DNA of 64,000 nucleotides from Alphaproteobacteria bacterium (GCA_965243135.1 OZ251539.1:5760001-5824000), one strand, 5' to 3'; shown: positions 1 to 11,115, counted from the stretch's first letter. Notes: generated by a model not told the origin, from the letters alone. A program made the numbers and translations.

Positions 1-776
1 GGCGAAACCGGTGCCGACGGAGGCGGTTTCTTTCGCTGTCTCGCTCGATGGGGTTGCGCTTCGCCCCAACGGGCGCGAAGAAGCATGCTGGCGCGAAGCG
101 TCTTGCGGGACGGTCAGTTTCCATGACGCGGACGGCAATCGCTTGGAAACATTGTATTTTTATGCCGGAAGCCGGCAAGGTAACGCTGAAAGCGCAGATC
201 GCGGAAGAGGTCGCCCACATCCGGAAAGTGAGACCCGATCTTCAACTCGTCGCTGTCGCCGACGCCGCAGCCGACAACTGGACGTTTCTTGAGAGGCTTC
301 AGCCCGACGAGCGGGCGATCGATTTCTTCCATGCATGCGAACATCTCAGCGACGTCGCCGACCATGCAGTCGCAACCGATTGGTACGACAAGTACCGTGC
401 CATCCTGCGCGACGATGCCAACGGTATCGACAAGGTCATTCGGGCGATCCGCCATCTTCGCGACAAGGCGACGACTGCGACGGCACTCAAGGATCTCGAA
501 CGCGAACTCAGGTTTTTCCAGAAGCACAGGCGCCGCATGCGTTACGCGGCCCTGAATGCCATGGGTTACACGATCGGGTCGGGTGTTGTCGAAGCCGCCA
601 ACAAGGTGCTGGTCAACCAGCGCATGAAACGGGCCGGCATGCGTTGGAGCATCGAAGGCGGTCAGAACGTCCTCACCTTCAGGGCATTGATAAAGTCAGA
701 CCGATTCGATTCGGCATGGCAAGCAATGGTCGGAGCAAGCATCGCGAACGACGATCAGGAGGCCATCGCAGCCTGA
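1..776 (+). pseudogene. ISKra4/ISLre2-family DDE transposase, partial and frameshifted near 157-162
   Basis: Frame 11..292 gives SLDG...WREASCGTVSFHDADGNRLETLYF. Frame 48..776 continues MPEAGK...ADAAADNW...DFFHACEHL...IGSGVVEAANK...RMKRAGMRWS. The frame switch falls at a T5 run. Confidence 0.75.
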
Positions 777-816
777 CAATGGAAAACTTGACTTTGGCAA
801 TATGAGATTCACACCC
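1..816 (+). mobile_element. Right part of an ISKra4/ISLre2-type insertion sequence (left end outside window)
   Basis: Transposase motifs to 776, then 40 bp ending ...GAGATTCACACCC at 816, a plausible terminal IR (GGGTGTGA read inward). The downstream minus-strand gene runs into this end and stops. Confidence 0.7.
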
Positions 817-1180
817 AGGCGGGCCGTGAAGCGAGGATACGACGGGCGGCTTCTCCAAGGCCGAGGTCGGTAACGTCTTCTTCTTCAAAATGAAACAGAT
901 CTTCGTCTATCTCCTGCCGGTCGTCCTCCATGAACGGTCCTTTTTTTGCGGTCCACTGCAACAACATTCCGAATTTGTCGCGCGGCAACCGTTTCGCGAT
1001 ATCCAGGAGTGTGACTTTGGGTCGAACCTGTACATTAGGCATTCCCCTTGCGCAATATAAATTCTTGACGAAAACGGGATGTTGTCTTCGAGCTTCAAGC
1101 AGTTCCTCCAGCGGCAAGTAAGGGACAGGAGCCTCTGCGCAGGCTTCCGCCAGAGCCAGCTCGTTGATGAATGCGCGCAC
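809..1180 (-). pseudogene. Third gene of Menshen-like operon (NsnC position), 3'-truncated by the IS
   Basis: GTG start directly follows the ATPase stop. The 123-aa ORF ends inside the putative IS end (...RRILASRPAWV*). Confidence 0.6.
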
Positions 1181-2338
1181 TCAAACTTTCTCCCAGCCTG
1201 AAAGAACGGCCAGATCAAGTTCCATTTGATCGAAAAAACCCTCTGGCCAGTCGCTGATTGCTCCGGTTTTGTCGATGGTGACGGTCATGACCTTCCCGGT
1301 ATCGCTTTCCGGACCGAAGAAGTGCAACGCGACAGCGCTCTGATCGAGCAAACTATCGCGCACTGCAAGACGGATGCCATTAAGCAAGTGATCGCTATGG
1401 GTTTCGACGAAGATCTGTATGCCCGCGCCAGCCATTTGACCAAGCAGCCGGCCAACGGCGGACTGCGCCCGAGGGTGCAGATGAGCTTCCGCGCTATCCA
1501 CGACCATGATCGATCCTGGTGCCGTGGTCAGCAATGCGACTAGCATGGGAAAGGCGTAGCTCAATCCATAACCAACGTTCGCCGGTCGAACCCAATTGCT
1601 CGTTCTGCTTGAACTGAAAGTCAGCAACGCTGGAGAGTCGGGAGTTAGCCGATCGGCTTTTACGCGAGATCCTGGAAATATTTCGCCGAGCCACGCATCG
1701 ATCTGCGCACGTACCGTTTCCCGATCATCTTCCGGGTGGCGCCGTGCGATGTCGACTGTCTCGTCAGCATACTCAAGATACCAATAAGCGGCATACTCAC
1801 CGTTCGCGCCGACATCCCCTAGCGGGCGCCATGGTTCGCATGGCACGGGAAATATCTCAATCTGCGCCTTACGCTCTGCACTGAGGAATATTGCATCCCG
1901 CATAGCGGAAACCAGTTGCGAGTGCCCATCCACAGGCTGGATTTTGCAAACTGATTCCTCGGGAACGCCGTCTCGCGAATATTCTACGGTTGCGAGATGC
2001 ATCAACCCCCTGGCCGACAACTCTGATTTGTGATCGAAGGTCCATGTGATTTTTTCTTCAGTGTTTCCGACGCTTCCGATGCCGAGCTGAAGAGATTTTT
2101 CCGAGGCGTTTCTTCTAATTATTGCGTCCGCGCTGCCTAAGTTAACTAGGTCTCCATTCAGGTGCAGCCTCCTGCCGTCAGGAGCGACGCGGAGGGCTTG
2201 CGTCATCAACAATAGCGCCTGCAGAGCCGTGGATTTGCCGGCTGCATTATATCCCGTCAGTACCGTCAGCGGTGCGCAGGGCAGTTCAAGAGCACCGAAG
2301 CACTTGAAGTCCTTCATCACTATTGATTTAATCGTCAT
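1181..2338 (-). CDS. ABC/OLD-type ATPase with C-terminal DUF3696 (NsnB-like)
   Basis: N-terminal MKDFKCF, Walker A GYNAAGKS, signature NVGYGLSY, Walker B-like VVDSAEAHLHP, ETHSDH, C-terminal DWPEGFFDQ. Alternative start at 2356. Confidence 0.85.
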   Translation of the reverse strand: MTIKSIVMKDFKCFGALELPCAPLTVLTGYNAAGKSTALQALLLMTQALRVAPDGRRLHLNGDLVNLGSADAIIRRNASEKSLQLGIGSVGNTEEKITWTFDHKSELSARGLMHLATVEYSRDGVPEESVCKIQPVDGHSQLVSAMRDAIFLSAERKAQIEIFPVPCEPWRPLGDVGANGEYAAYWYLEYADETVDIARRHPEDDRETVRAQIDAWLGEIFPGSRVKADRLTPDSPALLTFSSSRTSNWVRPANVGYGLSYAFPMLVALLTTAPGSIMVVDSAEAHLHPRAQSAVGRLLGQMAGAGIQIFVETHSDHLLNGIRLAVRDSLLDQSAVALHFFGPESDTGKVMTVTIDKTGAISDWPEGFFDQMELDLAVLSGWEKV

Positions 2339-2340
2339 GG

Positions 2341-3456
2341 TCAAATATCCTGACAACTATCTTCGGTCATATAATTTCCGAGACAATCTTCCACCATACT
2401 AAATCTGGTTCTGACTTGTTTGGTGCTGTTCGTAGAATAGGTGATGGCATCTTCAAAATCGCAATGCATCATCAAATCTCTGATTAGCGTTTTTATCTGT
2501 TTTTTATTCATATCGAAAACCTCGGTCGAAATTTGCGCGCAAGCCCAAGATAACACGTCAAAAAGCGCCATATTTATTACCGTCTTGTTATCGCTAAATT
2601 TGGCTAAGGATTTTCGAAACGCATGATCGCGAAATAATTTATAATTTTGGCGCATGGAAGCAATAAAAGTTTCCTCTATTCGAGTGCTTCCCGCTTTGGA
2701 ATTTAGGTGTATCAAAGATCGCGCCAAGAATTCGTCCATGTCGCCATTATCATATGACTTCCATCCAAAAATATAAAATCCGGCAAATCGGTTGATGGCT
2801 TCACGGTCGCGCATTTTCTTGGGGTCGAGGGATCCGCCTGTTGCCTTCAAGAAGTAATCGTTTTTTGACATGTCGGAAACCCAGCGCGTTCCGGGCCCAT
2901 TGAAAATCGCGTTGCGCATTTGCTGTCGGGTTAAAGGAACGCCGTCGTTGACGCGTTCAAATATGTCCAGTCGGGCGCGTTGGGGCGCGTCTTTATCGAG
3001 GATATAGAGCATAAGCTGTGTATCTTCCACTCTATCTTGGAGTTGTATTTCAAGATCGGAGAAGCGCTTTTCTTCCAAGGGATGATTGCGGCCGAGCCCG
3101 GTCAGTTTCAGCTTTCCATCCAGGAAACGAACGAATGTCGTCAAGCGCTGAAGCCCGTCGACGATTACGATTCGTCCATCGGGGGCTTCGGCGACGTACA
3201 GAGCTGGAAGCGGTATACGCATGATGCAACTTTCGACCAGCTTGGATTGCTTCTGCGGCTTCCAGACAAAATCGCGTTGAAAATCGGGATCTAGGAAGAA
3301 ACGGCCACGCCGTATTCTTCTGACAACTTCGGAGACTGTGCGAGTCTCGGAGCGAACCATAATGTCGTGGAGAGGATACGCGCCCCTCTCGGTGACGGAA
3401 GGATCTTCGTATCCCTCGATCTCCTCGGGTGGAGTTTGCTTCAAAGAAACTGTCAT
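2341..3456 (-). CDS. DUF262 (ParB/GmrS-like) domain protein (NsnA-like)
   Basis: PDFQRDFVW, IPLPALY, IVDGLQRLTT and IFERVN...LTRQQMRNA motifs; lower GC than backbone. Confidence 0.88.
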   Translation of the reverse strand: MTVSLKQTPPEEIEGYEDPSVTERGAYPLHDIMVRSETRTVSEVVRRIRRGRFFLDPDFQRDFVWKPQKQSKLVESCIMRIPLPALYVAEAPDGRIVIVDGLQRLTTFVRFLDGKLKLTGLGRNHPLEEKRFSDLEIQLQDRVEDTQLMLYILDKDAPQRARLDIFERVNDGVPLTRQQMRNAIFNGPGTRWVSDMSKNDYFLKATGGSLDPKKMRDREAINRFAGFYIFGWKSYDNGDMDEFLARSLIHLNSKAGSTRIEETFIASMRQNYKLFRDHAFRKSLAKFSDNKTVINMALFDVLSWACAQISTEVFDMNKKQIKTLIRDLMMHCDFEDAITYSTNSTKQVRTRFSMVEDCLGNYMTEDSCQDI

Positions 3457-3594
3457 TTTATCTGCGATGAGGATGGAAGCTCATATTCCCGAATATTGCG
3501 CCCCGGCGTTCCCTTGTCAAGCGGCGAGGGCGTTCGGGATTGCTCAGTTTGCGATTCCGGTGTCGCCATTGCTTCAGGGTGGTCGTGGCCAACC

Positions 3595-4165
3595 TGGCGG
3601 GCTTCCCTCTACGGCGTGCCGACGATGTTCATGGGCCGGCTCCTGCATCCAGAGTTCGACCGGCTCTCCAGCCTGCGCGCGGCGCCGGCTTGCCGTGTCC
3701 CGTCAAGGTGATGAGGCAGGTGATCGAAAAAATCCACATGCGGCACGTCACCATCGCCTGCGGGATGACCGAAACAGTCCGGCGTCGACCCAGGCTTCCG
3801 TCGACGACGCGTTCGACCGCCGCGTTCCCACGGTCGGACGGACGCAGCCTCGCCTTGAGGTCAAGAGCGTCGCCGGGAGCGTCGCGCCAGTCGGGGTCGC
3901 CGGCGAGTTCCGCACCCGCGAGCATCATGCGCGGTTGCTGGGGCGACCCGGAGCGGAGGGCGAAGGCCGTCGACGAAAGCGGCTGGATGCATGCGGGCGG
4001 CCGGACGCCGACGGATGCTTCAATATCGTCGGCCGCATGAAGGACATGGCCGTTTGCGGCGGCGGGAACCTGCATCCCCGGGAGGGATTTGCTCCGCCCG
4101 AAGGACGTCCAGGCGTTCGGCGTCCCCGACGACAAGTACGGCGAAGAGTTACGCATCTGGCCATG
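3595..4165 (+). pseudogene. Decayed AMP-binding acyl-CoA synthetase fragment
   Basis: Motifs scattered over three frames: SLYGVPTMF, PCPVKVMRQVIEK...CGMTET, TVGRTQP, IMRGCWGDPE...GWMHAG, NIVGRMKD, VQAFGVPDDKYGEEL. The 5' part is absent. Confidence 0.8.
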
Positions 4166-4365
4166 CGGACGCGCGAGGAGCCGATCAGGTTCGCCGGCTT
4201 GCGGAGGAGGGCAACGCGACCGCACGGCGGCTCGCGCGGACCGCTCGACGCCATTCGAGAAGCGGCGACGCCGGTCCGTCCGAACGACCGCCGCGGGGCG
4301 CTTTTGCACGCTGCGTCAATGGTGATAACCTTCCGCCCGCGCGGAAGACAGATGGAGGATATCCG

Positions 4366-5199
4366 ATGCCGAAGGTTCTGACCGAGGAGCAGGTCGAGTT
4401 CTATCATCGGGAAGGCTACGTCTTTCCGGTCCCGGGGGTATCGAAGGAACGCTGCCGGAAACTGCTCGACGGAGTGCAGCGGTTCGAGGAGCAGTACGGC
4501 GTCAACCCCGGGTTGTTCAAGCTCAAGGGGCATCTCACCATGTCCGAGACGTGGGATTTCGTTCGCGAACCGGCGATTCTGGACGCGGCCGAAGACATCA
4601 TCGGGCCGAACATTCTCGCGTTCGGGTCGCGTTTCTGGGTCAAGCCGGGCGGCGACGGCTCCTTCGTCTCCTGGCATCAGGATTCGGCCTATTTCGGCTG
4701 CCACCCGCACGACATGGTGACGTGCTGGGTGGCGCTCACGCCGGCGAACAGGGAGAACGGCTGCCTGCGCTTCATGCCGAAATCTCACCGCGTCGGCTAC
4801 GACCACGAAGAGAGCCACGAAAACGCGCCGGGCGACGCGCCGGGCGAGAAGAAGAACCTGCTCGGGCGCGGCCAGACGATCAAGGGACTCGACGAGTCGA
4901 AGGCCGTCTACGCGGAGCTCGAGCAAGGGCAGTTCTCGATGCATAACGAACGCACGGCCCATGCTTCCTATCCCAACAACACCGGCGAGACGCGCATCGG
5001 ATACTCGTTCTTTCTGATCCCGCCGCACGTGAAGTCGACGCTGGAACGCCGTCCCGCGACGCTGGTGCGCGGCGTCGACGAATACGGCCATTGGGATACG
5101 GATCCCGTGCCGACCGAAGAGAGCATGTCGGAATTGATCAAGATGATGATCGCGCACAACGCGCAATACACCGATCCGCAATTCAGGCAGAACGCCTGA
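4366..5199 (+). CDS. Phytanoyl-CoA dioxygenase (PhyH) family Fe(II)/2OG oxygenase
   Basis: RBS GGAGG then MPKVLTEEQVEFYHREGY; WHQD, WVALT...ENGCL, distal His (AHAS). Confidence 0.88.
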   Translation: MPKVLTEEQVEFYHREGYVFPVPGVSKERCRKLLDGVQRFEEQYGVNPGLFKLKGHLTMSETWDFVREPAILDAAEDIIGPNILAFGSRFWVKPGGDGSFVSWHQDSAYFGCHPHDMVTCWVALTPANRENGCLRFMPKSHRVGYDHEESHENAPGDAPGEKKNLLGRGQTIKGLDESKAVYAELEQGQFSMHNERTAHASYPNNTGETRIGYSFFLIPPHVKSTLERRPATLVRGVDEYGHWDTDPVPTEESMSELIKMMIAHNAQYTDPQFRQNA

Positions 5200-5241
5200 G
5201 GGGCGGCCGTCTCCCGCCGCTGGCGGCAATCCTCGAACCCC

Positions 5242-6159
5242 GTGAAGGAAGTTTCCACGGCGCCGGCCGCCGGCGAGCGGCAGGGCGAAGCTATGGCGCA
5301 CGCCATGATGGCGTTCGCCGTGCTGATTCTCGGCCTCAACTACGTAGTCGGGCGATGGGCGGTCGGGGAAGTGCCCGCCTATACGCTCGGATTCACGCGC
5401 TGGGCGATCGGCGCGCTCCTGTTGCTGCCGTTCGCTTGGCGCCACGTCCTTCGCGACCGTCAACTGATCCGCGACAACTGGCGACTGCTGGCCGTTTGCG
5501 GATTCGTCATGCCGTTCGTCGGAGCCGGGGTGACCTACGTCGCGCTCAACTACACGACCGCCATAAACGGCAGCGTGATACAGACCTCGCTGCCCGTTCT
5601 GATCGTTCTGTTTTCCTGGGCGATACTCGGCAACCGTCCAGCTACCGTGCAGCTTGCCGGCACCGCGCTCGCCATAGGCGGAGTGCTTTACATCGTTTCC
5701 CGGGGCGATCCCTCCGTCCTGTTCGGCCTGAGGTTCAATTTGGGAGACGCGATCCTGATCGTCTGCAACGTCGGGCTCGCGATCTATGGCGTGGTGGTCA
5801 AGAAGGTTCCGAGCGCCATGCACCCGTTGTCGCTGATCCTCGTCGTTTGCGCGATCGGCGCGCTCTGCCATTTGCCGTTCTTTTCGGTCGAGATCGCGAC
5901 CGGGCAAGTGCCGCGGCCCAGCCTGGCGGCAGTGGCGTCGCTGACGTTCGTCGCGATCTTCCCTTCGGTCGTCGCCGTCATCGGCTGGAACAACGCGATC
6001 TCGCGATTGGGACCCAACCGCGCCGGCTTCTACATGTATCTGGTGCCCGCCTTCGCGACCGCATTCGCTATTCCGCTGCTGGGCGAAACCGTCGGCCTGT
6101 TTCACCTGATCGGTCTCGCCCTGATCGTCACCGGCGTGACGCTGGCGGCGCGAAAGTGA
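5242..6159 (+). CDS. DMT/EamA family transporter
   Basis: About ten hydrophobic segments in two repeats; typical LLGE motif near the C-terminus. Confidence 0.88.
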   Translation: MKEVSTAPAAGERQGEAMAHAMMAFAVLILGLNYVVGRWAVGEVPAYTLGFTRWAIGALLLLPFAWRHVLRDRQLIRDNWRLLAVCGFVMPFVGAGVTYVALNYTTAINGSVIQTSLPVLIVLFSWAILGNRPATVQLAGTALAIGGVLYIVSRGDPSVLFGLRFNLGDAILIVCNVGLAIYGVVVKKVPSAMHPLSLILVVCAIGALCHLPFFSVEIATGQVPRPSLAAVASLTFVAIFPSVVAVIGWNNAISRLGPNRAGFYMYLVPAFATAFAIPLLGETVGLFHLIGLALIVTGVTLAARK

Positions 6160-6629
6160 CGGGGCGACGCGGTTTCTTCAAGCGTCGCGACCGGGGAGCG
6201 ATGCCCGCCGATCTCCGCCGTTGATTCTCCCGTTCTCGCGCGGCGAAGCGGGCCGAGATCCGGTCGACGGGCGCGACGCTCTCCGCGCGCCGTCGCCCGC
6301 TGGATCCCGCGTTGGGTTGCGGGCCGCAGGAACCGTCGGCGTTCGTCGGCTGCGGGTCGACGTTCCGCAGGGAAGCGGTCGACGCGGGGAACCGGAGACG
6401 CCTCTCCGCCTCTTCATCGGCGGCGCGCATGTCGCTCGGGAACGCGCGGCCGCCGCGGCGCAAGACGGAACGTGCCGCGGTCGGCTCCGTCGGTTCCGCG
6501 GGCAGCGGTCGAACTCCGGCGGGCTCGCGCAACGCGGGGCCGTCGGGGCCCGCGCTCCATTGCCGGAGCGAGAGGGCAGGCGCGGCACGTCGAGGGAAGG
6601 CTCTTCGTCCGTCGCGCCGGAGCCTTGCC

Positions 6630-8036
6630 TCAGATCACGCGTATCGAGGCCATCATCCCGCTCGCCTGGTGTCCGAGAACGTGGCAGTGGAACATCCAGT
6701 CGCCGGGGTTGTCGGCGACGAACGCGATCTCGACCCGTTCCCGCGGCTCCATGAGCGCCGTGTCGCGCCATTCCCGGCGCGGCGCGGGTTTTCCGTTGCG
6801 CGAAAGGATCCGGAAGGAATGGCCATGCAGATGGATCGGATGGTGCCACGCCGTCGCGTTCGTCATGGCGATCACGTGACTCCGGCCGCGCTCGATGACC
6901 AGCATGGGCTTCGCCGTATGGTCCTCGGCGGCTACGCCGTTTACGAACCAGAGTCGGCCGGAGCGCAGGCCGCCGGGCATGCTGCCGCCCAGTTCGCCCA
7001 TGACCGCGCCGCCCATCATGCCGCCGTTGAATACGACCTCGGTGCGCCGCGCGGTCCCGATATCCGGTTCCGGCAGAGGGTTGGCCGGCAACTCCATCGT
7101 CCAGTCCGGCGTTTCGCTCCTGAGCGGCTTCGCGCCGTAGACGAAGTCCAGGATCCGGTATTCCCGATTCCGGTAGAATCTGTCGACCACGGAAACGCGG
7201 CTGCCCGGCTCGCCTCCCATGTCGAGAACGACGTCGGCGCGCATCGCCGGACCGAGGACGACGAGGCCGCCGTCCGGCGCGTGAGGCGCCGCCGGTTGCC
7301 CGTCGAGCGCGACGATCGTCGGCTCGTGGTCCCGGAACTCGATGCCGAAGATCCGCGCGTTCGCCGCGTTGACGAGGCGCAGACGGACGCGCTCGCCTTT
7401 TCTGACGGCGAAGGCGTTCGGGGGGCGTCCGTTGATGGTGACCGTGTTGCCGAGCCGGCCGTTGTGGCTCATGTCGTGGGCGTTGTTGAAATCCCCCCGG
7501 ATCCCGGCCGACCGGTTCAGCCGCCAATCGTCGAGCACCCACGTCACGTCGCGGTCGACGCGGATCGGGTCGATTTCCTCGACGACGAGCGGGCCGTAGA
7601 GGCCGCGCCCGACCTGCTCGGGACTTCGCTGGTGCGGGTGGTACCAGAACGTTCCGGCGTCGACGGCGTCGAATTCGTAGGTGAAGGTTCCGCCCGGTCG
7701 AATGGGAGGCTGCGTAAGGTGCGGAACGCCGTCCATCGCGTTCGGCAGGCGTATGCCGTGCCAGTGGACGGTGGTTTCCTCTTCGAGCCCGTTCTCCGCG
7801 ACGATGCGGATGCGGTCGCCCTGTCGAACGCGAATCTCCGGTCCGGGAACCGCGCCGTTGTAGCACCAGACCGGGGTTTCGCCGTGCGGTTCGGGAACGA
7901 GGCGGGCGCGTCCGGGCGCGGCCCGCAGCGTCGAGGTTCTTCCGGCGGCGGCCGAACGCGGCAGCGTCGCCGCCAGCAACGCCGCCGCGTTCGACGACAG
8001 AAACGCTCGGCGCGTCAGCGTGGAAGACATGGGCAT
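6630..8036 (-). CDS. Multicopper oxidase with Tat signal
   Basis: TRRAFL twin-arginine signal; HWHG, WYHPH, HPIHLHG and HCHVLGHQASGM copper motifs. Confidence 0.92.
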   Translation of the reverse strand: MPMSSTLTRRAFLSSNAAALLAATLPRSAAAGRTSTLRAAPGRARLVPEPHGETPVWCYNGAVPGPEIRVRQGDRIRIVAENGLEEETTVHWHGIRLPNAMDGVPHLTQPPIRPGGTFTYEFDAVDAGTFWYHPHQRSPEQVGRGLYGPLVVEEIDPIRVDRDVTWVLDDWRLNRSAGIRGDFNNAHDMSHNGRLGNTVTINGRPPNAFAVRKGERVRLRLVNAANARIFGIEFRDHEPTIVALDGQPAAPHAPDGGLVVLGPAMRADVVLDMGGEPGSRVSVVDRFYRNREYRILDFVYGAKPLRSETPDWTMELPANPLPEPDIGTARRTEVVFNGGMMGGAVMGELGGSMPGGLRSGRLWFVNGVAAEDHTAKPMLVIERGRSHVIAMTNATAWHHPIHLHGHSFRILSRNGKPAPRREWRDTALMEPRERVEIAFVADNPGDWMFHCHVLGHQASGMMASIRVI

Positions 8037-8138
8037 CTCTCCTTTCGAGCCGTCGGCAAGTGTCTCTTCAAAGCGTTCGCGCCGCAAGGGAGCGCTAGCG
8101 TTTCAGTCTCCCGTTGACATTCGCGCAGTCGGAAGCAT

Positions 8139-8411
8139 TTGCGCTGTGGCATTTTTTGTCGGTTGCTGTCCGCTCGATGCCCCCATGGTCGCTCCGGCTG
8201 TCTGTCGGCACGCTCGCAAGGGTTGCGCAAACGGACGATTATGGAATAGAAATCGGAATATATGGCTGCCTCGGCACCGTGCGTAAACTCGGGGCGAGCC
8301 GGGCCGTGGTCCGAACGCGGCCGGCCGGCCGCGGTCGTGGAGCGGCTTGGGGCAGAATTTGCGAAAATGGCGGTCTCCGCGTGGAAAATTCGCAGTTTTC
8401 CGTCCCAGAAT
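8139..8411. repeat. Degenerate dispersed non-coding repeat, copy at left edge of the six-gene cassette
   Basis: 8139-8181 matches 35446-35488 (32/43); 8215-8229 matches 35502-35516 (13/15); 8346-8411 matches 37465-37530 (53/66, ungapped). Mismatches are mostly transitions. Confidence 0.7.
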
Positions 8412-8602
8412 AAAGGAAATCCCCCGAAATATGACTGTATTTCAAGACGTTGGAAACCACGCAAGAGTCTCGTAATGGCATCAATTGATCTTGGGGATGG
8501 TCTTGTATATCCTGATGGCGTGCGAGCGATATGGTGCTCCAAGCTGCCGTGGCTTTCGGCTCGAACCTACCACGCCACGACAATTTGCGAGGTGAGGCTA
8601 TC

Positions 8603-9637
8603 GTGAAGAGTACATACAGTTCCATCCCCACACACCAGATTGACTTTGACCGAGAGAATCCGAGGATTAAGGTCGCCCTTGAGAAGTATGGTGACAAGCT
8701 CGATGACCAACGCATCCGCTTTGCACTACGGACCGCCACGGAAGGATCCGCCAGCGTTTCCTCCTATCGCTCTCTAAAGGACTCGATCAGAGCGGCTCGA
8801 GGTATTTCGGTACCTATCGTCGTTTGGCCCACCAATGGTCGATTCGTGTGCGTTGACGGCAACACCCGCCTAACCATCTACTACGAGCTCCACGAGGAGA
8901 GCGCCCCTGGCGATTGGACCACCATCAATTGTATCGTACTCGACAACCCGGACCAGCGGGACATCGAGACGATCCGGGTGACAGCCCACCTCGTCGGCGC
9001 CCGTGACTGGCCTGCCTACGAGAAGGCACGATACCTTCATTACCTGCGTAACGTCGAGTTCATGGACTACGACGACCTCATCGCCCGATGCGGAGGCAAC
9101 AAGCGGACGATCAGCCAGCAAATCGAAGCCTACCACGACATGAACGAATATTACCGCGACGTAAACAGCGACGACGCGTTCAAGGTTGATCGATTTAGCG
9201 GCTTTGTCGAACTACAGAAGGCAGAAATCAAGGACTCCATCTACGGAGCGGGTTTCGACCTCCACGACTTCGGCCGCTGGATCCGTGACGGCCAAATATA
9301 CCGACTGGCCGACGTTCGAAAGCTCCCCCGCGTTCTTGCAGACGACGAGGCGAAGGACACGTTCGTCAACGGCGGCATCCGATCAATCGAAGACGCCATC
9401 GCGGTTGCCGATGCCAACCGTCAAAAAGGCGTCCACACCCCGTCGGGCGACATCACCGTCGCCGATGCCAGCATGACGATGTTGGCCGAAGCGCTGCTAC
9501 AGAGGATCAAAGCCTTGGCGCGAAAGGACTATCTTGCCCTCCGTGACCGGCAATACGAGACTGCGGACCAAGACGTTGACACCCTGAGCGACCTTGCCGA
9601 GCATCTTCAAGACTTGCTTCAAGATGTCTCAAAGTAA
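8603..9637 (+). CDS. ParB/Srx-like N-terminal domain protein (paralog 1)
   Basis: GTG after GAGGTGAGG; ENPRI...SIRAARGISVPIVV...VDGNTRL; HLVGARDWPAYEKA motif shared with 14371..15384. Confidence 0.75.
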   Translation: MKSTYSSIPTHQIDFDRENPRIKVALEKYGDKLDDQRIRFALRTATEGSASVSSYRSLKDSIRAARGISVPIVVWPTNGRFVCVDGNTRLTIYYELHEESAPGDWTTINCIVLDNPDQRDIETIRVTAHLVGARDWPAYEKARYLHYLRNVEFMDYDDLIARCGGNKRTISQQIEAYHDMNEYYRDVNSDDAFKVDRFSGFVELQKAEIKDSIYGAGFDLHDFGRWIRDGQIYRLADVRKLPRVLADDEAKDTFVNGGIRSIEDAIAVADANRQKGVHTPSGDITVADASMTMLAEALLQRIKALARKDYLALRDRQYETADQDVDTLSDLAEHLQDLLQDVSK

Positions 9638-10085
9638 CGCGCACCGCCGACTGGTTGCTGCCGCCGCGCAAGCCATACGGCTACGCCATCCGACGATGTG
9701 CGTTACGACGGACCTCCTCGACGACCCCGGTGATCCGGTGCCCCCGTGCATCGGCGGCCACCGTCCCGATATCATTGCCCGGTGCACCGCTGCCCGCCGC
9801 CGGTCGGTCATTATCGCGGAAGCCAAGACTGATGGCGACGTTGACAATCAACATACTCGAAGCCAGATCCGTGCCTTCGTGGATCACCTTGACGCCATAA
9901 CGACGGACACCAATACCGGTACCTTCATCTTGGCCGTCAATGGACATGTTGCGGCTTCAGCAGGGACCGTACTCCGCTTCAACTGTCGCCAACGGGTGTC
10001 GTTCCGACTCCACATCAAGTTGTTCGACGGCCTCGATTTCTGGGCCTTGGGTCCCTTTGGAGCATCCCTATGGCGTTTGTCCTGA
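9624..10085 (+). CDS. Small hypothetical protein, possible PD-(D/E)xK restriction-endonuclease fold
   Basis: Overlaps both neighbours; helical H-x3 start (SNAHRRLV), RPDIIAR...IIAEAKTDGD pattern. Confidence 0.6.
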   Translation: MSQSNAHRRLVAAAAQAIRLRHPTMCVTTDLLDDPGDPVPPCIGGHRPDIIARCTAARRRSVIIAEAKTDGDVDNQHTRSQIRAFVDHLDAITTDTNTGTFILAVNGHVAASAGTVLRFNCRQRVSFRLHIKLFDGLDFWALGPFGASLWRLS

Positions 10086-11115
10086 GACGCCAACCCGAAC
10101 TCTCGCCCAAGCATGCGGCGTATCCCTATCAGCTCGACGCAATTCGCTCCGTCAAGGATCTCCCTTACGCCGCCATCTTCCATGAGCAAGGTCTCGGAAA
10201 GACCAAGATCGCGATTGATCTAGCTTTGCTATGGCTGCAGAGCGATGCGGTGGACACTGTGTTCATCGTCACGAAGAAGTCGCTGGTGGACAACTGGTGC
10301 AACGAAGTTGCGGAGCACTGCCAAATCACGCCGCACATTCTGTCGGGCAACCGAGCCCAGAACAGCGCGTCCCTGAATTCGCCCGTACTCCTCTATGTCA
10401 CCAATTACGAAGCAGTCGCGGCCAACGCGCCAACAATCCGACTTTTCCTGCAAACTTGTCGCGTTGGTTGCATCCTCGACGAGAGCCAAAAGATCAAGAA
10501 TCCTGAAGCCGCTCTGACGCGCATTTTCCTTGAGGTGGCTTCGTCCTTCGAGCGGCGCGTCATCATGACCGGTACTCCTGCCGCGAACCGACCGTACGAC
10601 ATTTGGGCGCAGATCAAATTCCTGGACGGTGGGGAAGCGCTCGGCACCACGTTCGACACATTCAGGCGGCAGATGGATTTGCCTGCTAGTCGCTCGGCGG
10701 CGGTCGACTACGGCAGCCGTTTATCCGCGATCTATCAGCGCCTCGCCCGCTTCACGGTCAGAGAGACCAAGGGCACCGCGGGTATCCACCTGCCAGAGAA
10801 AACCATTACTGCACATCATGTGGATCTGCCCCCTTGGCAGATGACGAAGTATGCCGCCTACCGCGACGAACTTGCCTACCAGTATGACATGGACGGCGTT
10901 GTCGAAATCGATGAGGTCGACAGCATTCTCAAGCGACTTCTGCGTCTCGTCCAATGCGCCTCGAACCCAGCGCTCATTGATGGGAATTACGAATACGATC
11001 CCGCGAAACTCCCTCTGCTTCTTGACATGTGCCGGGAGTTCACTGCAAAATCCAAGTTGATTATATGGACGGGATTCGTCGATAATGTGTAAGCGTTCGG
11101 TCGTGGGGTGATGGC

